A DNA stretch of 64,000 bases from Octopus bimaculoides (GCF_001194135.2 NC_068982.1:188724929-188788928), one strand, 5' to 3'. Shown: positions 1 to 13,651, counted from the first letter of the stretch. A program made the numbers and translations. The notes: generated from the sequence alone by a model not told the origin.

Positions 1-147
1 TCTATTTTTACTTTTTTTTTTCGCTTATTTTCTTTTCAACCATGAACCTGATGCAACTTGAGAAAAATAGGGGATTCTTTTTTCATAAGGAACACAGCTA
101 GCTCTCTGTTCATTCTCCATCTATCTCCCATTATGTGTGTGCATATA

Positions 148-184
<37 letters not shown>

Positions 185-572
185 GATAGGTGCAGATGTG
201 ACTGTGTGACAAGAAGGTTTCTTCTCAACCACATGGTTCTGGGTTCAGTCCCACTGTGTGGCACCTTAGACAAATGTCTTCTATTAGAGCCCCAGGCCAA
301 CCAAAGCCTTGTCAGTGGATTTTGTAGACAAAAACTGAAAGGAACCTGGCATATATATATGTTTGTGTTTCTTTGTGGCTGTGTTTGTTCCCCACTACTA
401 CTTAATTTTCATTGTTGGTATGTTTACATCCCTGTTACCAATAGAATAAGTACAAGGCTTAAAAAAAAAGCACTGGGAGCTGATTCATCTGACTAAAATT
501 CAAAGCGATGCCCCAGCATGGCCACAGTCTAATAACTGAAATAAGATAAAATACATAGTGTGTGTGTGTATG

Positions 573-603
<31 letters not shown>

Positions 604-2114
604 ATCCTCATTGTTTAATGTCTGTGTATATGTATATATATATATCATTGTTTAATGGGTCAGATAGTTTGACTCAGGACTGGTGAGCCAGGAGGCTGCA
701 CCAGGCTCTAATCTGATCTGGCAAAGTTTCTACAGCTGGATGCCCTTCCTAACACCAACCACTCCAAAAGTGTAGTGGGTGCTTTTACGTGCCACCGGCA
801 CGAGGGTCAGTCTGGCGATTCTGGCAACGACCGCACTCAAAAGGGAGCCAGTCTGGTGGCACTGGCAACGACTGCACTTGAATGGTGCTTTTTTTATGTG
901 CCACCGGCACATGTGCCGGTAAGGCGACGCTGGCAACAATCGCGCTCGAATGGTGCTTTTTACGTGGCCCTGGCAACGATCATGCTTGGATGTGCTTTTA
1001 ATGTTCCACTGACACAAGTGCCAATCGACACGATCACACACACACAGACACACTCATGCACATCTCACCCATATCTATGTTAAGTCATATTGATACAATA
1101 CGTCAAACTAACTGTAAATAATTACCTTTTTACTCCATTTATATGAAAGAAACTGTTTAAATTTATGTGATTGATAAATTTAGAACAAAAAAAACTAGAA
1201 GTGTCTCAACTAAGAAATCTTAGTTAAAATAAAACCTCAAAATATTGTTATATTTGTCTTCAGAAACTCTTCTGACTGAGTGCAGAATGGTATAAATAGT
1301 TTTCCTGTTTGTAGTAAAGCATGTTTAGCAAATATAGCAGATTGCTGTGAAGTAGTTTGTACGCTGTAATACTACTATAGTTCCTGTGTCAGGTTGAAGT
1401 GAGCAGATACACACACACATACATCTATATATATGGAGGTGCAATGGCTCAGTGGTTAGAGTAGCAGACATGTGGATATAGGATCAGTTTCGATTCCCAG
1501 ACCGGCACTATGAGTGTTTATTCTTTTACTTGTTTCAGTCATTTGACTGCGGCCATGCTGCAGCACCGCCTTTAGTCAAACAAATCGACCCCAGGACTTA
1601 ATCTTTGTAAGCCTAGTACTTATTCTATCGGTCTCTTTTGCCAAACCGCTAGGTTACGGGAACGTAAACACACCAGCATCGGTTGTCAAGCAATGGTGGG
1701 GGAACAAATACAGACACAAACACACACATATGAGCTTCTTTCAGTTTCCGTCTACCAAATCCAGTCAAGGCTTTGGTTGGCGCGAGGCTATAGTAGAAGA
1801 CACTTACCCAATGTACCATGCAGTGGGACTGAACCCGGAGCCTTGTGGTTGGTAGGCAAGCTACTTACCACACAGCTACTCCTGTGTATATATATATATA
1901 TATATATATAAGGTTGAGGAGGGTATTGGATTTAACCAAACCCCGGAGGATACAGGTAATACCAAGTAAGTGCTGTATACCGATTAGTTTGCCCCAATCG
2001 TTGTATGAACAGGATTGGGTATTATAAGTCGTGTATTAGCGTGTGTATATGTAAATATATGAAAACAAAAGGATAAAGAGAGCAAAGGTAAGGTTGAAGA
2101 ATTTTATGGATAGA

Positions 2115-2163
2115 GTCTTACAGCTGTTTCTGGGAAGATCCAGTACTTCCCTTCATCGGAGAC
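2115..2163 (-). ncRNA. Hammerhead-like motif, inverted copy of 2962-3010
   Basis: Part of a 134-bp inverted repeat 2063-2196 / 2929-3062 flanking an N gap. Confidence 0.6.
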
Positions 2164-2961
2164 AGAAAAAATAAAGTTATCTATTATTATATCCATNNNN
2201 NNNNNNNNNNNNNNNNNNNNNNNNNNNNNNNNNNNNNNNNNNNNNNNNNNNNNNNNNNNNNNNNNNNNNNNNNNNNNNNNNNNNNNNNNNNNNNNNNNNN
2301 NNNNNNNNNNNNNNNNNNNNNNNNNNNNNNNNNNNNNNNNNNNNNNNNNNNNNNNNNNNNNNNNNNNNNNNNNNNNNNNNNNNNNNNNNNNNNNNNNNNN
2401 NNNNNNNNNNNNNNNNNNNNNNNNNNNNNNNNNNNNNNNNNNNNNNNNNNNNNNNNNNNNNNNNNNNNNNNNNNNNNNNNNNNNNNNNNNNNNNNNNNNN
2501 NNNNNNNNNNNNNNNNNNNNNNNNNNNNNNNNNNNNNNNNNNNNNNNNNNNNNNNNNNNNNNNNNNNNNNNNNNNNNNNNNNNNNNNNNNNNNNNNNNNN
2601 NNNNNNNNNNNNNNNNNNNNNNNNNNNNNNNNNNNNNNNNNNNNNNNNNNNNNNNNNNNNNNNNNNNNNNNNNNNNNNNNNNNNNNNNNNNNNNNNNNNN
2701 NNNNNNNNNNNNNNNNNNNNNNNNNNNNNNNNNNNNNNNNNNNNNNNNNNNNNNNNNNNNNNNNNNNNNNNNNNNNNNNNNNNNNNNNNNNNNNNNNNNN
2801 NNNNNNNNNNNNNNNNNNNNNNNNNNNNNNNNNNNNNNNNNNNNNNNNNNNNNNNNNNNNNNNNNNNNNNNNNNNNNNNNNNNNNGCACATCACACTCTT
2901 TACCACTTCATACTAAAAATATCCGCCTATGGATATAATAATAGATAACTTTATTTTTTCT

Positions 2962-3010
2962 GTCTCCGATGAAGGGAAGTACTGGATCTTCCCAGAAACA
3001 GCTGTAAGAC
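2962..3010 (+). ncRNA. Hammerhead-like motif with CCGAUGA core variant
   Basis: GUCU CCGAUGA A GGGAAG uacuggau CUUCCC A GAAA CAGCUG UA AGAC. Perfect stems I and II, 8-nt palindrome ACAGCUGU; identical inverted copy at 2115-2163. Confidence 0.65.
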
Positions 3011-3264
3011 TCTATCCATAAAATTCTTCAACCTTACCTTTGCTCTCTTTATCCTTTTGTTTATATATATATGGTGATTGTCTACTCCTTAAACAGAGTT
3101 TGACCACCTCCTGCACCTACACCTTAGCCCTTTCATGGCGTCTGATGTGGCTTTTTAAACCAGACAGTGTTTTGAAAAAACACCCACACAGATTGCACCT
3201 CTGATTTGCACTACCAATACCTGCAAGTAAGTTCTGCTCATTGTGGATCCTAACATGTCTTTTA

Positions 3265-3995
3265 AGAACTAGATGTAGTTGATAGCTCCCATTATCTAGA
3301 TCACCAAGTCAGTAGTGGGGGTGGGTGCACTGAAAGTGTAGCTGCCAGAATAAGAATAGCCTGGGCAAAGTTCAGAGAGCTCTTACCTCTGCTGGTGACA
3401 AAGGGCTTCTCGCTCAGAGTAAAAGGTAGACTGTATGACACATGTGTACGAATAGCCATGCTACATGGCAGTGAAACATGTGCTGTGACTGCTGAGGACA
3501 TGCGTAAGCTTGCAAGGAATGAAGCCAATATGCTCCGTTGGATGTGTAATGTCAGTGTGCATACCAGACAGAGTGTAAGTGTCTTGAGACAAAAGTTGGA
3601 CCTAAGAAGCATCAGTTGTGGTGTGCAAGAGAGACGATTGCGCTGGTTTGGTCATGTGGCGAGAATGGATGAGGATAGCTGTGTGAAAAAGTGCCACACC
3701 CTAGCAGTTGAAGGAACCTGTGGAAGAGGTAGGCCCAGGAACTGAGGTGGCACGTAAAAAAACACTATTTGAGCATGGCTGTTGCCAGTACCACCTGACT
3801 GGCCCTCATGCTGGTGGTACAGAAAAGCACCCACTACACTTTCGGAGTGGTTGGTTTAGGAAGGGCATCCAGCTGTAGAAACACTGCCAGATCAGATTGG
3901 AGCCTGGTGCAGCCATCCAGTTTGCCAGTCCTCAGTCAAACCGTCCAACCCATGCCAGCATGGAAAACAGACATTAAACAATGATGATGATGATA
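3265..3995 (+). mobile_element. 5'-truncated RTE-clade LINE: ORF2 C-terminus, 3' UTR and (TGA)n tail
   Basis: ORF 3395-3745 with upstream ARIRIAWAKFRELLPLL, MLHGSET, RRLRWFGHVARM, GRGRPR (RTE motifs). It runs into the gcacccactacact...ccaacccatgccagcatggaaa...tgatgatga tail found in many short copies. Confidence 0.9.
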
Positions 3996-4729
3996 TATAT
4001 TGTTATTATGTGTAAAAGTGTCGTAAGTCCAAAACGTTACTTTTTCAGAAAACGGAAAGTTTCACCATTCCATAGCAAAACCGTTGTACTCCACTTTGAC
4101 CATTTTTGATATCTTGGCATCTGAAGCAGCTGGAAATACACTAGTTTGACCAAAAGAACCAGTTATTGCAAGCATTTGGTCAATTTTGGACATATGACTG
4201 TTTAAAATAATAGCAATGATATATATATATATATATATATTTACACACACACACACATTCATGTATATATTTATATATATATAATACATATTATTTATGC
4301 ATTGTCACACATTGTGTTGTGCTGCTTGTGTCTGAAAATTACATTATTAAGAGTACACGTCAGTGGAATACTCAGCCACTTACATTATATTCAAGGAGTA
4401 AATAATAAAACACCTCAAAACTGATGGATGACCCTTTTACGTAGATATGTGGATACAGAAATATTTACATGCATATACATACATGCACATACACATTTGA
4501 ATACACATATTTGTGTGTGTGTTTGCATGTATATATTTTTTATCTTATCTTTTACTTGTTTCAGTCATTCGACTGTGCCCATGCTGGGGCACCATCTTGA
4601 GAAATTTTACTTGAACCAATCGACATCGCAATACTTATTATTATTTTAAAACCTGGTACTTATACTGTTGGTTTCTTTTGCCAAACAGCTTCATTACAGG
4701 GACATAAATACACCAACACAGGTTGTTAA

Positions 4730-5038
4730 CCCCTAAAGCACTGGGATTTGCACATACATAGCATGGACTGCTGAGAACATTTTATGCAAATGAGACTACC
4801 ATGCACACATAAAAAACAAAAATAGTTAAAATAACTTTTCTAGTATATAATGGTGGCAAGTTTTACATCATCTGAAAGGTCATTAGTTGAACTATTAGTC
4901 CTCTTGCATTCTGGGAGAGTTTGAGTGACATTAGGCCTTAACAAGTGTCCATAAATTAAATGCTTCTATCTGGGCCACGATCATGGCCTGTCGACCTGTG
5001 TCTGACGGATACGATCGTGGTCCGTTACACTTTATGTG
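4730..5038. mobile_element. TTAA-flanked insertion splitting a SINE
   Basis: Host SINE ggttgTTAA ... TTAAgtggtggtggg resumes exactly after the insert; TIRs imperfect (cccctaaag / ctttatgtg). Confidence 0.5.
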
Positions 5039-6294
5039 TTAAGTGGTGGTGGGGGGAAAGCACACACACATGACAGGCTTCCTTCAATTTCTGTTTATCA
5101 AATTCACTCACAAGGCTTTGGTTGGCCTGAGGCTACAGTAGAAGACACTTGCCCAAGGTGCTACATAGTGGGACTGAACCCAGAACAATGTGATTAGGAA
5201 GTCAGCTTCTTGCTGCACCCACCCATCGATGGCTCAGAATTGCACTACTTTGTTTCACAGAATTGGGAAAAACATTCCTGACCAAGTAATTTAGAATTTC
5301 CCCCCTCGGACTTCCCGGGAAACTTCAAGTAATGCCATTCTGAGTCAGACTTCCAATTAGACACAGAAATGAATCCCTGGTAACCTGCTGAGTACTTCTG
5401 TTTTTCTTTTGTTTTTTTTTAGTCACCTACCCGTCACTACCCNNNNNNNNNNNNNNNNNNNNNNNNNNNNNNNNNNNNNNNNNNNNNNNNNNNNNNNNNN
5501 NNNNNNNNNNNNNNNNNNNNNNNNNNNNNNNNNNNNNNNNNNNNNNNNNNNNNNNNNNNNNNNNNNNNNNNNNNNNNNNNNNNNNNNNNNNNNNNNNNNN
5601 NNNNNNNNNNNNNNNNNNNNNNNNNNNNNNNNNNNNNNNNNNNNNNNNNNNNNNNNNNNNNNNNNNNNNNNNNNNNNNNNNNNNNNNNNNNNNGAAGGAA
5701 AAGAAAAGAAAAAAGGTAAAAAAAAAAAAGGCAGACAAATGGGAAATCTAGAAAGATAAATTGTTGAGAATCTTATTTCAGGAATTAGTTTGTAGATCTC
5801 ATTCACATTTTTGTTTTGTTGTAATGTGCTGGAAGTTTTCTTTTACCAGAAAGAAAGATTTCTTTCAAGGATGCCAAAAAAAAAAAAAAAGAAAAAAAAA
5901 TCTTTTATTACTTTCTTCAATTTTTTTTTCTATCAACATTTTAAAATTTTGTCACACGTCTGAGGAAGAAAAAAATCGGAAATATTAAAAATGCCTTTTT
6001 TTTTTTCTTTTTGATTATGTGTTGTTATTTCTCATTACTATAATTATCATTATAATTGTTACATCACCTGGGGAATGGATTGTTAGACTTGAATTGAGGC
6101 ATTAAACAGCTGTACATCATTACACAGAGGCCATTCTTTTAATTGTCATTAGGACATGTTAATTAGTTTATAGGAGAGAATCAAAAGGTGTTATATTTAG
6201 TTTTTTTTTCCCTTTTTTGTTGTTGTCCATATGTGTGTGTGTGTAAAGAAATTAGAATGACAAAGGAATAAACAATTATGTTATGAACTTCATT

Positions 6295-6375
6295 AACTAA
6301 CAGTCGTTTCTGCTATGAGGTGCAATGCACTCATAATTGAATGCTTGAGTATCACCCTATAGCTTCATCAGAGTT
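6295..6375 (-). ncRNA. Hammerhead motif with extended stem II
   Basis: AACU CUGAUGA A GCUAUAGGGUG...CACCUCAUAGC A GAAA CGACUG UU AGUU; diverged relative at 12998-13078. Confidence 0.6.
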
Positions 6376-6577
6376 TTAAACATGAAGTGTTATATATGTA
6401 AATGTGTAGAAGCCATTGCAAATAAGAGGACTCTGTCAGTTAAAAATCAACCAGAATCAACAAGAAAATGAAGGAAAAAGGAATTAAGGAATTAAATAGA
6501 TTGAGCATGATGCAAATTATAAATTTAATCATTAAAATGAAATATCTATGTGACTGTAATATACACATAGGTTCATG

Positions 6578-6619
<42 letters not shown>

Positions 6620-7008
6620 CTTACAGATGTGTGTGTGAGTATATATATATATATATACACACATGTATATAATACATATTCTTATAGAGGAAGTTGCAGA
6701 GAGTAAAGCAGTTGACTATGTGCTGGCCCCTCTCTTAAAAGGAACAATCTCTCAGCCCCTTTTCATTTTGAGAGGATTCTCATTCTTGGGACTCCAATAT
6801 TACTCTTGTTCCACCTTGCTGAATTTCCCCTCCCTCTCTTTCTTTGTTTTCATATGATTACACATACACACACACACACATTGTAGTGTTGAGATTACAC
6901 TGTACTCAGACTCATGTGGGTTACTGATAGCATAACCAGCCCTATATTGAATTTTTACACTGTAATTCTGTATTGAGTACATTTTCTTGTTTATAGACTC
7001 AAATACAA

Positions 7009-7055
<47 letters not shown>

Positions 7056-7124
7056 GTGGAAGCCACTTTTGATCACTTTGAGCTGAAACCTGTTTGAAAA
7101 TAATAAAAATAACCAGGGTAATAT

Positions 7125-7422
7125 CAAGCAAGTAATTTTTCATAGAAGCCAGCTGCCACAGCTTTTCGTCTTGGTCAGTGCATTATTTCCTGCTGAAGAC
7201 CGATCTGAAACCCATTCAACTGAAGACAATCATCCTGGAAATAGGCAAGGCAGCTGAAACTAGCTCAAAGAGGCTATGGTTGGTGAGAGACGAGTGGAAC
7301 CCATCTGTCGGTGGAAACTATCTCAGTCCTCACTGCCCCATTCAGGTGAAGTGTACAGGCTAAAGGGTGAAATGCTTTGTGACCCTGAGATGCCTTCTGC
7401 TGTGACAATACAGAAGGGTTCT
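7125..7422 (+). mobile_element. 3' fragment of a HERO-like (R2 superclade, REL endonuclease) non-LTR retrotransposon
   Basis: FFIEASCHSFSSWSVHYFL...IILEIGKAAETSSKRLWLVRDEW resembles the recalled HERO C-terminus PIEVGCRGF...EAAEKASRWLWLKR; truncated by an N gap. Confidence 0.6.
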
Positions 7423-7939
7423 CNNNNNNNNNNNNNNNNNNNNNNNNNNNNNNNNNNNNNNNNNNNNNNNNNNNNNNNNNNNNNNNNNNNNNNNNNNNNN
7501 NNNNNNNNNNNNNNNNNNNNNNNNNNNNNNNNNNNNNNNNNNNNNNNNNNNNNNNNNNNNNNNNNNNNNNNNNNNNNNNNNNNNNNNNNNNNNNNNNNNN
7601 NNNNNNNNNNNNNNNNNNNNNNNNNNNNNNNNNNNNNNNNNNNNNNNNNNNNNNTGTGTATGTGTGTGTTTATAGAATTGTATATGCATAGATATATATT
7701 TTGTATACAAGGAGTGATATGTTAGAATGTTTTTTTTTTTTTGTTTCCATAAGTTTCTTTTTGGAATATCAAGAATGGAATGGAATAAAGAAAAGAAAAA
7801 AAAAGACAGGATATATTGTGCATCTCAAAAATACTTGTTGCAGATGTTTTCTTTTTCTTTTTTTTTTTGTTCACATGTGCCTTTAAAAGTGGTTGCATGT
7901 GTACCAACATGCATCGATGTGCGTGTGAGTTTCAGTTGG

Positions 7940-7974
<35 letters not shown>

Positions 7975-8939
7975 TGTACTTATTTATATTTGAGCAGAAA
8001 GGACAGCTCCTGCGCAGCCATCGAAACCCTTCTCTCAGTGCTTCAGAAAGACATAGGAAGAATGCTCAGAGTTATGTGGGCCCAACTAAAGGGACCCAAG
8101 ACATAGACTGTAGCATTAAACTGGGTGAGAAATTTCAATATGTGCAGGTTTTTAAAAAAAAATGTTTTAGTCGGGAAAGAAGGCAGGGTCCACTCCCTTT
8201 TACAGACTCCAGGAGACCAGTGAGACGGAGAGGCAAATATCATCAAACGGGCAGGTTAGTGTAGTTGCAGACTTCACGAAAGACACCCAAATGAAGGCGC
8301 TTGGCTAAGTGGTTAGGGTATTTAGCTCACAATCATAAGGTCGTGAGTTCAATTCTCAGTAGTGTATTGTGTCCTTGAGCAAGACACTTTATTTTACATT
8401 GCTCCAGTCCATTCAGCTGATAAAAATGAGTTGTACCTGTATTTCAAAGGGTCAGCTTTGTCACATCCTGCGTCACGCTGAATCTCCCCGAGATGTTAAG
8501 GATACGCGTGTCTGTGGAGTGCTCAGCCACTTGCACAATTAATTTCGCGAGCAGGTTGTTCTGTTGATTGAATCAGTTGGAACCCTTGTTATCATTGCTG
8601 ACAGAGGACCAGTTTAAAATGGTGCCAAAAGGGCCAGTTAGTGGTGTTAAAATTGGCAGCAGATTAAGTCAAGTAGACCAGGGTAGAATTTGAACTCAAA
8701 ATGCAAAGAGACAGCAAATACTGCAAGGAATCTTGGTCCAATGTTCTTAAGATTCCACCACCTTGGAAGGGTACATTTTTTTTTATTGACCCCCACCACA
8801 AAAAGAGGAATAAAGGCAAAGTTGACCATGGCAGGATTTGAACTCGGAACATAGTGTAAGGACAAACATTGCAACATGTTCCATCCAACTCTAATAATTT
8901 TCCCCCTAAAATTTCCTCAAACAAAGGTTTACAAATTGT

Positions 8940-9231
8940 ATTTGTGTGTGTGTGTATATAGTATGTGCTATGTGTGTATGTATGTATGTGTATATTTATA
9001 TATATACATATTGTATATATGTGATGTGTCTATATGTGTGTGTGTGTGTGTGTATATATATACATATTGTATATATAGTATGTGATGTGTCTATATGTGT
9101 GTGTGTATATATATACATATTGTATATATAGTATGTGGTGTGTCTATATGTGTGTGTGTATTATGTGGCGTGTCTATATATGTATGTGTGTATATATAGT
9201 ATGTGGTGTGTCTGTATGCGTGAGTGCATGC

Positions 9232-9282
<51 letters not shown>

Positions 9283-9480
9283 TACATAAATATTGTATAC
9301 ATAGTGTGTGTGTGTGTATATAGTATGCGGTGTGTCTATATATGTGTTTGGTGTATGTATATATATATAGTCTGTGGTGTGTTTGCATATGTATGCAAGT
9401 GTGTACATGTGCACACGTGTGTGTGTTGTCTGCGGCATATTTATGTGCATACATATGTGTATGCATGTAATTTTATTTTT
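8940..9480. repeat. Compound (TA)n/(TG)n minisatellite
   Basis: Recurring tatgtgatgtgtctatatgtgtgtg...tatatacatattgtatata units. Confidence 0.85.
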
Positions 9481-9609
9481 ACAGTGATTACATAGTGTGC
9501 TTATAATTCTGTGTGTGTGTGTGTGTGTGTGTGATTATGTGACGTGCTTGCTCATCTGCATGCATGCAATAACACTCTTACACAAACACATTTATTATTA
9601 CCAATGCCT

Positions 9610-9732
9610 TCCACATCATCATCGACATCGCCACAAATATCACAACCACTGCCACCACCACCAGCAGCAGCAGCAGCAGCAACATCGTTACCATCACCAG
9701 TCATTGGTATTATCGTCTTTGTCATCATCATC

Positions 9733-9764
<32 letters not shown>

Positions 9765-9790
9765 CATCATCACCATCACCATCAACAGTG
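9610..9790. repeat. (CAT)n/(CAG)n trinucleotide microsatellite cluster
   Basis: cagcagcagcagcagcag and catcatcatcat runs. Confidence 0.9.
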
Positions 9791-9892
9791 TCACGTTTCA
9801 CATTTCTTACTTTCAAAGGAATACACAACAGTTGTTGATTTGATCCAAAGATAGAAATCTGAGTTTTGTTTCCTTTCTTTGGTATGTGTGTA

Positions 9893-9923
<31 letters not shown>

Positions 9924-9946
9924 CAATTCACAAGAGGACATGTATA

Positions 9947-10005
<59 letters not shown>

Positions 10006-10246
10006 GTTTGCATTAATCCATAAATGTGCGTATACATGGTACCATTTCTTAATGCGTGTTTGTGTGAGTATATGTGTGTATCCATCTCTGTGTATAGACG
10101 AATATCTTTAATTTCCTTGTGTGTGTGTGTATATATACACACACACACTTATATGCAAGAGCATATTGAATATTGTGTATTTGCGTGTTCATGTAGCATT
10201 TTTCATGTGTATTATTAATCATCTGGCTAAGAATGTGTACTTTGGC

Positions 10247-10285
<39 letters not shown>

Positions 10286-10561
10286 GGTATTGATTGTGAG
10301 AAAATGTGTGAGGAGGGAGGGGGTGTAAAGTGTGTGTGTGGGGGGGGGAGATAAACAGATGTAATCAGCTGAGTGAAATCATTTCTATATTCATGGCAGC
10401 TGGTTGCTTCTCTCAGTACAATGAATGTAAATTCTCTCCCTCCTCCCCCACTCTACACACACACTCATAGATCTACAATACATCCTATTTAAGCATACAA
10501 ACATTCACACACGTGTTCATAATTATGGATCTACATTCTTCCTGTTTAAGCTTGTGTATAA

Positions 10562-10598
<37 letters not shown>

Positions 10599-11299
10599 TA
10601 CACATTATCATTTTATATCTGTTTTCTGTGCTTGTGTGGATAGGATGGGTTACTTTGGTCATCATCATCATCATCTAACGTCTGCTTTCCATGCTGGCAT
10701 GGGTTGGACAGTTTGACAGAAGTTGGCAAGCCGGACAGGTGTACCAGGCTCTAATTGTCTGTTTTGGCATGGTTTCTACAGCTGGATGCCCTTCCTAGCA
10801 CCAACCACTTTACAGAGTGTACTAGGTGCTTTTTATGTGGCACCAGCATGAGTGAGTCAGCAGATATTGAGAGGCATCACCCAGCAAGACAGCTCAGAAA
10901 ACTGCTTTCCCTTTTTTCATACAAACCCTACACAAACACAAACACACATGTATGTAGCAGTTGATCTATTTGAGCCAAAGGAACTATATTTTCATATCTA
11001 ATACTATCTGGCAACTCCAGAAAGAATCAGCATTCTATTTTTCATCAACATGAGGCCAGATTTGAACTCAGAATTTACAACACCAGGAAATCCACCACTC
11101 GGCTCACACTGTATCTATCAAACCCTTTCCTACCTCTGCCTAACATGATGATATTAGGCCTCGACTCGGAAGTATTGAATGTGTATGTGCATGTATGTTT
11201 GCGGGTCATTGCTGAAGAGATTATGAATGCATGTGCACACATACACAGGTGTGTATGTCTTTAAGTATATGCACCTTGTAAAAGTCTGGACATGCTTAC

Positions 11300-11470
11300 A
11301 AAATCAAAAAAACAACACAGCACCCATGACTTTTGGAAACCCTTTTTCACACTCAGAATTGCTGAAATAAGGAATAAACTACCAGCATTAATTGTTAGCT
11401 GTCAGGACTCTACATCCTTCAAAACTTCCATGGTTCTTGAAACTTGCTAACAACACACCTGATGCCTCTT
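11300..11470 (+). mobile_element. CR1/L2-group LINE 3' end remnant
   Basis: DFWKPFFTLRIAEIRNKLPALIVSCQDSTSFK matches the CR1-type terminal motif FFSxRVVxxWNxLP...SFK. Confidence 0.6.
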
Positions 11471-12898
11471 TTAAAGTCTCACTTTTCAATTCCTGCGCAT
11501 TATTCTATGTACTGTCATTGCACTATTGCCACCTTTTCTGAAGAGTTGTGGTGTACTTGGTTTTTTGAATCTCAGTTTCTCAAAATTGTTACTGAGACAG
11601 TTGGAATATAAACTAAGAAATCTCTCTCTATAATTAGCGGTATAAATCCTAGTTATATTATGGATGTTGTATTTGCAAATTTCTTGTTAGGTCACCATAA
11701 ATTATGTTAATGCCAGCTGTGCACATTGTTTCTTGATTCCAGATCACAATGTCTGGTCTGTTGTGCTTTACATTTTATATTTCTGTATGTGTAATCTACT
11801 CTTGTCATATCTGGGTGTTGCTGGAAAAAAAAAAAAAAAAAACGAAAAGAAAAATACAAAAGCCCCCACCCTACCCCTTCAGAAATAGAATAATACAAAA
11901 TATCTGTTTCAAATTTTGGCACAAGGCCAGCAATTTCAAGGGAGGGGGTAAGTCGATTACATCGACCCCAGTGCTTAACTGGTACTTATTTTACCGACCC
12001 GGAAAGGATGAAAGGCAAAGTCGACCTCAACAGAATCTGAACTGGGAACATAAAGACACAAAGCAATTTCCCCAGCATGCTCATGATTCTGTCAGCTTGC
12101 CCCACCTTTATATAAAACAATATATTAAAATCTGATATCATCGACACAAGACCACAAATTTTGAAGAGAATATATCGACAAATGTTTGACAGACTGCCCT
12201 CCTCCATTGAAGGAGGTGAAAGGCAAAGTTGACCCCAGCAACTTGGTATTGGGTGGTGGGTGGTGGGCAAAAGAAGGCAAAAACTGAATAGCCATGTTAA
12301 TAGAAATTCAATGCAGTTTTTTTTTTTTTTTTAGGTAAAATGTGATCCAAAGGAAAAATTTGCATACAATCAACATTTTTAGTTTCTGTTTTTTTTCTCT
12401 TTTTTTTTCATCTGTTAAAATTGCTGGAAACATCAATAGAAACAGATAGGAATAAAAAATAATATAAGTTTATACATGCACACACGCACACACAAACACA
12501 AGTATATGTTTATACGTACACACGTTTAGCCAGAAATGTGTATATTTGTGTCTATATGTGTATTATGTTTATAACATTTTATACATGTTTATATATACCT
12601 AAGTTTATACATGCACACATACACACAACACACACGTATATTTTATATACGTTCATGCATATTTATGTTTATACATGCATGCATTTATACATGCATGCAT
12701 TTATACATGGGTATACGTGTATACATTGTGATTTAAATGCAGTTCATGTGTGTGCATGCATGTGTGTGTGTGTGTGTGTGAGTAGCTATAGGTATGTGCT
12801 AACATAAACGGAAAAAAAGGTAACTGTTACATTTGCAGTTAAACATTTCTTGGGTTGTGGTGTCCAATAAGTAAAAAGATTAGTTGAGGTAAAGTTTC

Positions 12899-12932
<34 letters not shown>

Positions 12933-12997
12933 ACACACACATATATATAAGAAATTAGAATGACAATGGAGTAAGAGATTATGTCATCAACTTCATT

Positions 12998-13078
12998 AGC
13001 CTACAGCTGTTTCTGCAATAAGATGCAATGCGCTTGGAGCTGGATGCTCGTGTATCACCCTATAGCTTCATTGGAGTT
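12998..13078 (-). ncRNA. Degenerate hammerhead motif, relative of 6295-6375
   Basis: AACU CCAAUGA A GCUAUAGGGUG...UAUUGC A GAAA CAGCUG UA GGCU; lies in a 12950-13100 repeat homologous to 6245-6400. Confidence 0.45.
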
Positions 13079-13094
13079 TCAAACATGAAGTGCA

Positions 13095-13115
13095 ATATTA
13101 TTTTATATGTATATA

Positions 13116-13196
<81 letters not shown>

Positions 13197-13482
13197 CACA
13201 CGTGTTTAAGTATATGTAGTTTGTAGTTACTTCTATCCCTTAGTTTCCTGCTAGGATCCAAGAATTTGCATGCTGTAACCTTCTACAGACTCTGCCACAG
13301 TTACTGAAGCAAAAGTCAAGGTGGTTGTCATTTGGAATTATAAAGAGAAGATTAGCATGGACTCTGTGCAAGGATGGCATGCAAATTCATGAAGTGTTCC
13401 ATATTTTTGACTATGTAAATATTTTATCTCATATACACACATATACACTTTTGTACAAATATGTGTGTGCGTGTGCATATAT

Positions 13483-13539
<57 letters not shown>

Positions 13540-13651
13540 TATATAGATGTACAAAAACATGTTTCTGCATATACATGTGTTTGTGTGTGTGTGTACTGAT
13601 GAGTTAGCTACAAATTTTCTGTTTGGTACGTTTTTGTTAAATGTTTGTAAA

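Noticed and set aside
1432-1510. tRNA-like sequence (also 8295, 18081, 44615, 47581, 61215)
   Set aside because: A/B boxes present but no complete cloverleaf, and each continues into SINE body; not tRNA genes.
2104-2906. Long ORFs of X residues (also 5409-5806, 7276-7725, 45505-46176)
   Set aside because: Artefacts of N gaps.
7947-8264. 105-aa ORF in GC-richer sequence
   Set aside because: No recognisable domain or partner exons; probably an old retroelement fragment.
9497-9843. ORFs with poly-His/Gln/Ser or poly-Ala/Ile tracts
   Set aside because: Translations of (CAT)n/(CAG)n microsatellites in several frames, flanked by (TG)n; no splice or domain support.
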